Source of the DNA: Gammaproteobacteria bacterium
GTDB taxonomy: Bacteria > Pseudomonadota > Gammaproteobacteria > Steroidobacterales > Steroidobacteraceae
NCBI GenBank assembly: GCA_016707425.1
Contig: JADJHU010000018.1
Span: forward strand, 11,980 to 75,979
Length of the DNA: 64,000 nt
Reading direction: 5' to 3'
The position numbers were made by a program, and so were the translations under genes. How positions within the stretch are numbered: the first letter of the stretch is position 1; every line of letters begins with the position of its first letter. The notes beneath the pieces are model-generated. The model saw nothing but the letters and a program-made list of their open reading frames with translations, did no database searches and was not told the DNA's origin. This document shows, one piece after another, positions 17,419 through 25,693 of the stretch.

Positions 17419-18180
17419 ATGGGCAGGCTGGCCGGCAGGATTGCAATCGTTACGGGTGGTGCGCGCGGCATCGGCGCGAGCGTCGGGCGGCTCTTCGTGA
17501 AGGAAGGTGCGCGTGTACTGATCACCGACGTGCGCGACGAACTCGGGGGCACGCTTGCGCGTGAGCTGGGTCCGAATGCCGTGTATCAGCATCTCGATGT
17601 CGGCCTCGAGAGTGACTGGGCGGCAGCGCACGATGTGGTACGCCGCCGTTTCGGGCCGCCTACGGTGCTGGTCAACAACGCCGGCATCTTCCGCACGGCG
17701 CCGATCGAGTCGCTCTCGCTGGAGAGTTACATGGAAATCGTTCGTACCAACCAGATCGGCGTCTTCCTCGGCATGCGCAGCTGCATCGCGCCCATGCGCG
17801 AGGCGGGCGGCGGGGCGATCGTCAACATCTCCTCGGCGCAGGGACTGGAGGGCATGACGAACGCGGTGGCCTACTGCGCCAGCAAGTTCGCCGTGACGGG
17901 CATGACGAAGACCGCCGGCATCGAGCTCGCGAAATACCGCATCCGCGTGAATTCCGTCCATCCCGGGCCGATCGCGACCATGCTGGTGGCCGAGGCTCAC
18001 GGCACCGGCGACATCGCTGCAGCCACGGCGCATGATCCGGGGGTGCCGGCCAGACGCTGGGGTCAGCCCGAGGATGTCGCACGCCTCGTGCTCTATCTCG
18101 CGTCGGAGGAGTCCTCCTACAGCACGGGCGGCGCCTTCACCGTCGACGGCGGACTGACTGCGGGTCTCATGTACGAATAG
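17419..18180 (+). CDS. SDR family oxidoreductase (hydroxysteroid dehydrogenase-like)
   Basis: Start trimmed to MGRLAGRIAIVTGGARGIG, with GAGGAGGGA upstream. NNAG, S...YxxxK (YCASK) and PGPI motifs. Confidence 0.85.
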   Translation: MGRLAGRIAIVTGGARGIGASVGRLFVKEGARVLITDVRDELGGTLARELGPNAVYQHLDVGLESDWAAAHDVVRRRFGPPTVLVNNAGIFRTAPIESLSLESYMEIVRTNQIGVFLGMRSCIAPMREAGGGAIVNISSAQGLEGMTNAVAYCASKFAVTGMTKTAGIELAKYRIRVNSVHPGPIATMLVAEAHGTGDIAAATAHDPGVPARRWGQPEDVARLVLYLASEESSYSTGGAFTVDGGLTAGLMYE

Positions 18181-18183
18181 GAT

Positions 18184-18207
18184 GCCCCGCCACGCGCGTG
18201 GCGGGGC
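18184..18207. terminator. GC-rich hairpin between convergent genes (candidate bidirectional terminator)
   Basis: GCCCCGCCAC-GCGC-GTGGCGGGGC is a perfect 10-bp stem with a 4-nt loop. It lies between the SDR stop (18180) and the NTF2 stop (18217). There is no clear U-tract. Confidence 0.45.
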
Positions 18208-18216
18208 GCAGGTGCA

Positions 18217-18669
18217 TCAGCTCGCCGATGCCCTGATGTGTGCCGGCACATTGTGCTGGAAGCCGCTCTCCTCGACCCGTCTGCTGATGCGCCAGCCCTT
18301 CGGCGTGCGCACGAACTCATCGGCATACCAGAGCCCGAGGAACATCACCTGCGAGCCGCCCGTGGGCAGCGGCACCTCCATCGGGTTGAAGCACACGGTG
18401 CGCGCCCGCGCGCGATCGCCCTCGAGCGTGATGTCGGTGTTGGCGATCATGTGGTAGTAGGTGGGGAAACCCTGCATGGCCGGCCCGAGCCAGGCTTTCA
18501 CCTTCGGATACGGCCCATCGATGCCGCCCATGGCGCGGTAGTCGATCCAGGCATCGGGCGTGAAGACCTGGTCCAGTCGGTCCCACGCGCGCTGATCGAT
18601 CGCGCTGCTGTAGGTCACCATCAGCTGCTGGATTTCCATGCGGTCGGAGATTTCCTGGAGGCTCAGCAT
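18217..18669 (-). CDS. NTF2/SnoaL-like family protein
   Basis: The track ORF extends to 19017 through Arg-rich junk. The real start is probably MLSLQEISDRMEIQQLMVTYSSAIDQRAWDRL at 18669. Confidence 0.7.
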   Translation of the reverse strand: MLSLQEISDRMEIQQLMVTYSSAIDQRAWDRLDQVFTPDAWIDYRAMGGIDGPYPKVKAWLGPAMQGFPTYYHMIANTDITLEGDRARARTVCFNPMEVPLPTGGSQVMFLGLWYADEFVRTPKGWRISRRVEESGFQHNVPAHIRASAS

Positions 18670-18689
18670 GATGATCTCCCTGGTCGATG

Positions 18690-20633
18690 TCAGTCCGGCA
18701 GTGTGAAGGCGACGATGGAGTCGCCGGTCTTCGAGCCGAGATACTTGTGGCCGCCGGCGGCAACGACCACGTACTGCTTGCCCCCGGGCTTCAGCCGATA
18801 GGTCATGGGCGTGGCCTGGACGCCGGCCGGCAGGTGCTGCGCCCAGAGCTGGCGCCCGCTGGCGACGTCGAAGGCGCGGAAGTAGCCATCGGTGCTCGCG
18901 CCGATGAAGACGAGTCCTGATGCGGTGACGATCGACCCGCCGATGTTCGGCACTCCGAGCTTCATCCAGAAGGGCCAGGGCGCGAGCTCGCGCGTGGTGC
19001 CGAGAGGCACCTCCCACAGGCGCTTTCCGGCTTTGAGATCGATGGCGAGCAGTGTCCCCCAGGGTGGAGGATTACAGGGGGCGCCGAAAGGCGAGAGCAT
19101 CCATTCGTGCTTGAAAGCATAGGGCGCACCGAAAGCCGGGTAGAAGCGTTCGCCGCGCTTCAGGCGCTCGTCGGCCTCCTTGCGCGGGATCGCCGTGACG
19201 ATCGCGGCAATGCGCGTGGAGTTGGTGACGAGGATCTGGCGTGCGGGATCGATCGAGACGCTGCCCCAGTTCAGGAAGCCGTTGCTGAAGGGAAAGGTGA
19301 CCGTACCCTCGAGCGAAGGCAGTGAGTAGCGCCCATCGTAGCGATGCGCGCGGAAGCGCTCGCGACACTTGCCGCGATCCCAGGGCGTGAAGCCCCACAT
19401 GTTCTCTTCCGAGAGATCTCCCGGGTAGACCGTATAGGCGTCGTTTGCCGGGAAGGGTTGTGTCGGCGACGGCGTTTCGCCCGACACGGCTCCCCCCTGG
19501 GGGACCGGGCGCTCCTCGACGGGCACGAGCGGCTCACCCGTCTCCCGGTTGAGGATGAAGATGTGGCGGGGCTTCGTCGCCTGGGCGACGGCCGGCACGG
19601 GGCCGCTGGGTCCGGGAAAATCGAAGAGCACCGGCTGTGCAGGCACGTCGAAGTCCCAGAGATCGTGATGCACGGTCTGGAAGTGCCAGACGACCCGGCC
19701 CGTGGCTGCCTCGAGGGCCACGAGCGAGCTCGAGTAATAGTCGAGCCCCTTGCGCAGGCCTCCGTAGAGATCGGGCGCGGTGTTGCCCGTGGGCACGAAG
19801 ACCAAGCCTCGCTCGGGATCGACCGAGAACACCGACCAGGCATTCGCCGTGCCGCGCGCGTAGGTGTCGCTCACGCCTGCGATCTTCGGATCCACGCGAT
19901 CCGGTGGCAGCGAGTTCCAGGCCCAGGCGAGCTCGCCCGTGTGCAGGTCGAAGGCGCGCACCACGCCGGCCGGTACGTCCACTTTCAGATTGTCGACGAC
20001 GTGCCCCCCGAGAATGATCCGGCCAGCGGCGACCACGGGCGGCGAGGTCATGATGTACTCGCCCGGTTGCACTTCGCCCAGGCCGGCACGCAGATCCACC
20101 GTGCCGTGCTCGCCGAAACCTTCACAGGGCTTGCCGGTGGCGGCATCGAGGGCGATGAGCCGCGCATCGAGCGTGCCGGTGAGCACGCGGCTGCGGCATT
20201 GCGCGCCGGCCGGGGCGGAGGTGTCTTCGTGGAAGGTCACGCCGCGGCATTGCTGCAGGTAGATGCCTTTGAGATTCACCCTGGGGTCGTAGGTCCAGAG
20301 CTCGCGCCCGGTTTCGGGGTCGAGTGCGATGACCCGGTTCAGCGGTGAGCAGAGGTAGAGCCGCCCCTCGCCGAGCACGGGCGTCGTCTCGAGCGTCGGG
20401 AACTGCATCGGCTCGGGGTTCCTGAGCGTACCCGTGTGATAGGTCCAGGCGATCTCGAGCCTCGAGACGTTCTCGGGTGTGATCTGCGTGAGCGGCGAAT
20501 AACGCAGCCCCGCCTCGCTGCCGCCCCAACTCGCCCATCCGGCCACCGGGCCCGAGTAATCGAGTGGCGCGGGGCGCTGACAGCCAGCGAGCACGGCGGC
20601 TGCGGCGAGTACGCTGCAGATAGGCAGACGCAT
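18690..20633 (-). CDS. PQQ-dependent dehydrogenase (quinoprotein beta-propeller), lipoprotein
   Basis: Lipobox MRLPICSVLAAAAVLAGC. About 640 aa with repeated W-containing propeller blades. The size and pattern fit the quinoprotein glucose/alcohol dehydrogenase family. Confidence 0.8.
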   Translation of the reverse strand: MRLPICSVLAAAAVLAGCQRPAPLDYSGPVAGWASWGGSEAGLRYSPLTQITPENVSRLEIAWTYHTGTLRNPEPMQFPTLETTPVLGEGRLYLCSPLNRVIALDPETGRELWTYDPRVNLKGIYLQQCRGVTFHEDTSAPAGAQCRSRVLTGTLDARLIALDAATGKPCEGFGEHGTVDLRAGLGEVQPGEYIMTSPPVVAAGRIILGGHVVDNLKVDVPAGVVRAFDLHTGELAWAWNSLPPDRVDPKIAGVSDTYARGTANAWSVFSVDPERGLVFVPTGNTAPDLYGGLRKGLDYYSSSLVALEAATGRVVWHFQTVHHDLWDFDVPAQPVLFDFPGPSGPVPAVAQATKPRHIFILNRETGEPLVPVEERPVPQGGAVSGETPSPTQPFPANDAYTVYPGDLSEENMWGFTPWDRGKCRERFRAHRYDGRYSLPSLEGTVTFPFSNGFLNWGSVSIDPARQILVTNSTRIAAIVTAIPRKEADERLKRGERFYPAFGAPYAFKHEWMLSPFGAPCNPPPWGTLLAIDLKAGKRLWEVPLGTTRELAPWPFWMKLGVPNIGGSIVTASGLVFIGASTDGYFRAFDVASGRQLWAQHLPAGVQATPMTYRLKPGGKQYVVVAAGGHKYLGSKTGDSIVAFTLPD

Positions 20634-20662
20634 GTTGACCCCCTCGCTATGCAAGCAGGTGC

Positions 20663-21136
20663 TCAGCCGCCCGGCAGCGAGCCGGGGCCGCCTGGCATCT
20701 GCAGGAACTCGATGAGCGTCGGATCGCCCTGGCGTTCGAGGTAGGCGAAGGTGGTGTCGGGGCTGAAGCGCTTGTACCAGATCGCCTCATACCCGAGCGG
20801 CTTCACTTTCTCGATCCAGCCGTCGGCGTCGTCCACGCGGAACTGCACGTGATGGATGCCCTCGCGCCCGCGCTCGATGAACTCGCGATGCGGGCTCTCG
20901 CCGCCCTGCCACTCGATGAGCTCGATCTCGAGACTGCCGCTGCGCCCGAAGGCCAGGGCGAGCTTCGCATCGGCGATGCGCCCGCGGTAGGTGACCGCCT
21001 GCACTGAACCATCCATGGTGGTGAAGGGTCCATAGAGCGGCTCGTACAGGGCCATGGAGGTGCGCAGGTCGCGCACGACGTGACCGAGCTGGGCGATCGA
21101 CGGCAGACCGAGCTGGCGGAGGGCGGTGGCGGTCAT
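20663..21136 (-). CDS. VOC family protein
   Basis: Start trimmed to MTATALRQLGLPSIAQLGHVVRDL at 21136. GIHHVQFRVDD is a typical VOC metal-site strand. Confidence 0.7.
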   Translation of the reverse strand: MTATALRQLGLPSIAQLGHVVRDLRTSMALYEPLYGPFTTMDGSVQAVTYRGRIADAKLALAFGRSGSLEIELIEWQGGESPHREFIERGREGIHHVQFRVDDADGWIEKVKPLGYEAIWYKRFSPDTTFAYLERQGDPTLIEFLQMPGGPGSLPGG

Positions 21137-21146
21137 CGGAGGTTCC

Positions 21147-22013
21147 TCAGCGGATGAAGTTCGCGGCGAAGCGGTCCATGTGCCGCTTCTTCTCCGCGAG
21201 CGTCGTGTGCTCACCGAGAACGAAGCGGAAGGGGTAGCTGATGGCTGTCTGCATGCCGCGCTCCTCGAGATGCAGGAACGTGCCTGCATCGGGGGGTGTG
21301 CTGACGGCACCGACGATTTCGAAAGGCAGATGTGCACGACCGGCCTCCCGACGGAGCCGCGTGAGCTCGGAGATGATTTTGGGCAGCTCCTCCGGGGAAT
21401 GGCCTGCGCCGATCCAGCCGTCTGCGAGTCCCGCGGCGCGGCGGAGCGCGGCGGGACTGTTGCCGCCGGTGTAGATGGGCACCGGCTGCGGAGGCGCGGG
21501 CGAGACTTCGAGTGGCGGAAAGTCGATGTGCCGGCCATGGTGCTCGACCATGCCACCTTTCCAGAGCTTGCGCAGCACCCCGATCATCTCGTCGCAGCGC
21601 GCGGCGCGCGTGCGGAAGTCGACGCCGTAGATGTCGAACTCCTCCTTCATCCAGCCGAGTCCGGCACCGAGCAGGAAGCGCCCCTGGCTGAGAATGGCCA
21701 GCGTGCCGGTGGCGCGCGCGACTTCGAAGACGTTGCGAAGCGGCAGGATGTAGATGGCGACGGTGAGGCGGATGCGACTCGTCACCGCGGCAAGTGCGCC
21801 GATCGTGGCCCAGCAGTCCGGGAAGAAGGCGTCGTGCGCCATGGGCGGCCGGCCATCGGCCGAATAAGGGTAGGGTGAGCGCACGTCCCGGGGGAAGACC
21901 CCATGGTCGCCCAGCATGATGCCGTCGAAACCGGCTTCCTCTGCATGGCGGACGACCTCGAGCAGCTGCCCGGGCTCAGTCCAGGTGACGGCCTGCCAGA
22001 ACTTCATTGGCAC
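21147..22013 (-). CDS. Luciferase-like (LLM) oxidoreductase, probably F420-dependent (Rv2161c-like)
   Basis: 288 aa. EEAGFDGIMLGDH, LAILSQGRFLLGAGLGWMKEEF and LADGWIG. Confidence 0.8.
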   Translation of the reverse strand: MPMKFWQAVTWTEPGQLLEVVRHAEEAGFDGIMLGDHGVFPRDVRSPYPYSADGRPPMAHDAFFPDCWATIGALAAVTSRIRLTVAIYILPLRNVFEVARATGTLAILSQGRFLLGAGLGWMKEEFDIYGVDFRTRAARCDEMIGVLRKLWKGGMVEHHGRHIDFPPLEVSPAPPQPVPIYTGGNSPAALRRAAGLADGWIGAGHSPEELPKIISELTRLRREAGRAHLPFEIVGAVSTPPDAGTFLHLEERGMQTAISYPFRFVLGEHTTLAEKKRHMDRFAANFIR

Positions 22014-22083
22014 CTCGCCCGCGGTGATTAATGTGCTATTTTCAATTTACCGCACATCGGGGCGTTTGAGGAGACCTTGAACG

Positions 22084-23361
22084 ATGGATGTAGTGAGACG
22101 ATTGGTTGAGGTCCGCCCAGATTTTTTCGCTGGCCGTTCTGCGGATCTCGAACGGGCCATTCCGATCGGGGAGTTCATCTGGCAGTCCTCCGGGCTCTCC
22201 AATGCCTATATGGTCGTGACTCGGGCAGGGCGGGTGATCATCAACACCGGCATGGGTCATGAGGCGCCGAGGCACAGACAGCTCTTCGACGCCGTGTGTG
22301 CAGGACCGACTCCGTACATCGTGCTTACGCAGGGACATGTCGATCACGTAGGCGGCGTGGCGCTGTTTCGCGAGCCGGGCACGAAGCTCGTCGCGCAGCG
22401 TAATCTGCCGCTCTGCCAGCGCGACGACCAGCGCATCAAGCAGGTACGTGAATCCCAGGCGGGCATCTGGTTCGGCGAGGCACTCGCGGCGGCGCGCCGG
22501 CCGCAGGATTCGCCAGCTACGGCCGCCGCGGCGCCGCCCTTGCAGGACGTGCCGGTGGCCGATGTGAGCTTCGAGGACCGCTGTGATTTCGAGCTCGGCG
22601 GGATGCGCTTTGAACTCCACGCCGTGCCAGGCGGGGAAACCATCGACAGCTGTGCCGTGTGGCTGCCCCAGCACCGGATTCTCTTTTCCGGCAACATGTT
22701 CGGGCCGCTGTTCCCGCACTTCCCGAACTTCAATACCATTCGCGGCGATCGCTACCGCTTCGTCGAGCCCTATCTCGAGTCGCTGCGGCGGGTGCGGGCG
22801 CTCGAACCGGAACTGCTGATCACCGGACACTTCGAGCCGATCGCCGGTCGCGAGCTGATCCGTGCCTGCTTCGATCGGCTCGAGCAGGCAGTCGACTACG
22901 TGCATCGCCGTACGCTGGAGGGGATGAATGCGGGCAGGGACATCTGGACGCTCATGCGGGAGGTCCGGCTGCCGCCCGAGCTCTACGTGGGCGAGGGCTA
23001 TGGCAAGGTGAGCTGGGCGGTGCGTACCATTTGGGAGCAGTACATGGGCTGGTTCAAGGCGCAGGCGACGAGCGAGCTCTATCCGACACAGCCTCGCGAG
23101 GTCCATGGCGAACTGGTGGCGCTCGCGGGGCCGGAGGCGGTGATCGCGCGAGGTCGCGCCTGGCTCGAGGCCGGGGATCCCGAGAGGGCCATGCTGCTCG
23201 CGGAAGCGGCGCTCGCCCACGACGGGCGTTCTCAGAGCGCGCAGCGGCTCGCACGGGATGCCAACCGCGCGCTGCTCGAGCGATCCGGCGGCGGCAATTT
23301 CTGGGAGGCGGGCTGGTTGCGCACGCAGATCCGCCGTCTCGAGCAGGACATGCAGGCATGA
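22084..23361 (+). CDS. MBL-fold hydrolase with alkyl-sulfatase dimerisation domain (no SCP2 tail)
   Basis: 425 aa. MBL motif region YIVLTQGHVDHVGG, followed by ...WEQYMGWFKA...AEAALAHD...NFWEAGWL, the alkyl-sulfatase dimerisation-type helices. Confidence 0.7.
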   Translation: MDVVRRLVEVRPDFFAGRSADLERAIPIGEFIWQSSGLSNAYMVVTRAGRVIINTGMGHEAPRHRQLFDAVCAGPTPYIVLTQGHVDHVGGVALFREPGTKLVAQRNLPLCQRDDQRIKQVRESQAGIWFGEALAAARRPQDSPATAAAAPPLQDVPVADVSFEDRCDFELGGMRFELHAVPGGETIDSCAVWLPQHRILFSGNMFGPLFPHFPNFNTIRGDRYRFVEPYLESLRRVRALEPELLITGHFEPIAGRELIRACFDRLEQAVDYVHRRTLEGMNAGRDIWTLMREVRLPPELYVGEGYGKVSWAVRTIWEQYMGWFKAQATSELYPTQPREVHGELVALAGPEAVIARGRAWLEAGDPERAMLLAEAALAHDGRSQSAQRLARDANRALLERSGGGNFWEAGWLRTQIRRLEQDMQA

Positions 23362-24111
23362 GCACCTGGACGAATCCACGCTATGACTATCGCGGCGCAC
23401 AGGTGCTGGTGACCGGCGGCACGTCGGGCATCGGAGCCGGTATCGCCGCGGCGTACCGCGAGGCGGGTGCGGACGTGGTCATCACAGGCACACGTGCGAC
23501 TGCAGCGGAGTACGAGGGCGACCTCGACGGCTTTCGCTATCTGCGACTGCGGGTCGAGAACGACGCGGAGATCGAAGAGGTGGCCACGGCGCTGCCGGCG
23601 CTCGACATCCTCGTGAACAACGCCGGTGGCAACTTTCGCGGCAGAGAACGAATACGAACCCGACGTCTTCGAGCGCGCCGTGCGGGTGAACCTCCTGAGT
23701 GTCTACCGCATGGCCCATGCCTGCCGGCCGAAGCTCGCGGCGAGCCGCATCCCGGGCGGGGCGAGCGTCATCGGGATCGGCTCCATGACCTGCTACTTCG
23801 GCGTCGAGGTCGTGCCGGGTTATGGCGCGGCCAAGGGTGGACTGATGCAGCTCACGAAGACGCTCGCGATCGCCTGGGCGAAGGACCGCATCCGCGTCAA
23901 CGCCGTGGCGGGTGGCCTCATCCGGAGCCGCATGACCGAGTATTTTCTGTCGACACCCGATGCCGAGCCCTCGCGCCTGCGTACGCCGATGCAGCGCTTC
24001 GGTACGCCCGAGGAAGTGGCAGGAGCTGTGCTCTTCCTGACGAGCGAGGCGGCCAGTTTCATCACGGGTCAGACGCTGCCCGTGGACGGCGGCTTCAGCG
24101 TCATGGGTTGA
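23358..24111 (+). pseudogene. SDR family oxidoreductase, interrupted by a +1 frameshift near 23630-23645
   Basis: N-terminus MSTWTNPRYDYRGAQVLVTGGTSGIGAGIA...LVNNAGGNF is in the frame of track ORF 22659. The C-terminus (ATFAAENEYEPDVFERAV...YGAAKGG...GQTLPVDGGFSVMG) is in the frame of track ORF 23626. An ATGA overlap joins it to the upstream MBL gene. Confidence 0.75.
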
Positions 24112-24143
24112 CCCGCGTGCAGAGACGGGTGGGAGGGAGTCAC

Positions 24144-24836
24144 GTGGGGGTGCGGAGCGGGGTCCCGACACCGCGCAGTCTCGCCACGCGCGCCCGGCTC
24201 ATCGGCGCGGCCGAGCGGCTGTTCGCGGAACGCAGCATCGAGGCGGTCTCGCTCAACGAGATCAGCAAGGCCGCCGGACAGCGTAACAGCAGCGTGTGCC
24301 AGTATCACTTCCGCAACAAGCAGGGACTGCTGCGGGCGATTCTCGACAAGCACATCCCAGGCATTGCCACGGCGCGCGAGGTACTTCTCGAGCAGCTCCG
24401 GCGCTCTGGGCGTCCGCCGGGCCTGCGCGCGCTGGTGCGGGCTTTCGTGCAGCCGGTGGCGGCAAAGTTGCATGATGCGGACGGCGGCAGGGAATTCGTG
24501 CGCATCAATGCCCAACTCATTGCGCTGTACACACTGTCGGTGCAGGGTGTGCCGGTCTCGCCGCTGAAGCTGGGGCTGCATGCCGATCGTTTTTTCGAGG
24601 AGCTGCGCCGGGTGCTACGCGCTGCGGGTATTCCCGAGGCGGTCGTGCAGCAACGACTGATGCTGGCCGCGGTGCTCGTGTTCCACGGGCTCGACGATCA
24701 CGTGCGCATGCTGGACGCTGCCAGCCGGCGCGCTGCGACGCGCGGTACCACCCTGTTCATTGCCAATCTCGAGGATTCGCTGGTCGCGCTGCTCTCGGCT
24801 CCCATGCCGGCGGCGAGACGGGCGCTCAACCGCTGA
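24144..24836 (+). CDS. TetR/AcrR family transcriptional regulator
   Basis: HTH region RARLIGAAERLFAERSIEAVSLNEISKAAGQRNSSVCQYHFRNKQGLL. GTG at 24144 follows GGGAGGGAG. It is embedded in the tail of the spurious 725-aa track ORF. Confidence 0.8.
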   Translation: MGVRSGVPTPRSLATRARLIGAAERLFAERSIEAVSLNEISKAAGQRNSSVCQYHFRNKQGLLRAILDKHIPGIATAREVLLEQLRRSGRPPGLRALVRAFVQPVAAKLHDADGGREFVRINAQLIALYTLSVQGVPVSPLKLGLHADRFFEELRRVLRAAGIPEAVVQQRLMLAAVLVFHGLDDHVRMLDAASRRAATRGTTLFIANLEDSLVALLSAPMPAARRALNR

Positions 24837-24855
24837 CCGTCGAAGGAGCACAGCT

Positions 24856-25674
24856 GTGACCAAGGCACACGATCTCAAGGACAAGTACGGCCCCTGGGCG
24901 CTCGTGACCGGCGCGTCGTCCGGCATCGGCGAGCAGTTCGCACGCCAGCTCGCCCGCAGTGACATCCATCTGCTGCTGGTCGCGCGCCGCGCGGAGCGGC
25001 TCGAGAGTCTTGCGCGGGAGCTGCGCCGGCGGCGCGGCCTTCAGGTCGAGGTGGTGACGGCCGATCTGTCCGAGGCAGACGGACCGGATCGCGTCGTGGC
25101 AGCGATCGGCGATCGCGACCTGGGGTTGCTCGTGAGCAATGCCGGCTTTGGCCTCAAGGGCGATTTCGCCCACCTCGAGCGCGCGCGCACCGAGGCGATG
25201 TTCAACGTCAACGCGCGTGCACCGATGCTGCTGGCCCACGCGGTGATCCCGCGGCTGCGGGCGCGCGGGCGCGGTGGCATCATCTTCACGGGCTCGGTGG
25301 AGGGCGAGGCACCCTATCCCTTCTCGAGCGCCTATGCGGCCACCAAGGCTTTCGTTCACAGCCTCGGTATGGGACTGCACGGCGAGCTCGCCGGCAGCGG
25401 GATCGACGTGCTCGTGCTCGCACCCGGGGCGACCGATACCGATGCGATCACCCTGCAGGGCTTCAGGCGTGAACTCATGCCGAACCTCATGGCGCCTGTC
25501 GAAGTCGCGAAACAGGCGCTACGCCAGCTTGGCAGGACTCCCCTGCACGTTCCGGGGCCGGAGAACCGCAAGTACGTGAACATGATGCGGCGCATGCCAC
25601 GCGAGAAGCTCATTGCTTTCAATGCGCAGACCATGTCGGCGGCGCTGGACGCCAGCGGTCGCGGACAGAACTGA
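24856..25674 (+). CDS. SDR family oxidoreductase
   Basis: GTG at 24856 follows GAAGGAG. WALVTGASSGIGEQFA, NAGFG and YAATKAF. Confidence 0.8.
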   Translation: MTKAHDLKDKYGPWALVTGASSGIGEQFARQLARSDIHLLLVARRAERLESLARELRRRRGLQVEVVTADLSEADGPDRVVAAIGDRDLGLLVSNAGFGLKGDFAHLERARTEAMFNVNARAPMLLAHAVIPRLRARGRGGIIFTGSVEGEAPYPFSSAYAATKAFVHSLGMGLHGELAGSGIDVLVLAPGATDTDAITLQGFRRELMPNLMAPVEVAKQALRQLGRTPLHVPGPENRKYVNMMRRMPREKLIAFNAQTMSAALDASGRGQN

Positions 25675-25693
25675 ACAGGGTGGAGCAGCCCGC

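Noticed and set aside
15058-18033. Full 991-aa version of arylsulfatase A
   Set aside because: The N-terminal 225 aa are Arg/Asp/His-rich and overlap the SDR gene on the opposite strand. A clean signal peptide starts at the internal ATG at 17355.
22659-24836. 725-aa + strand ORF
   Set aside because: It is a composite. It is out of frame within the MBL gene, then in frame for the SDR N-terminus, then junk, then in frame for the TetR gene. I split it into the real genes.
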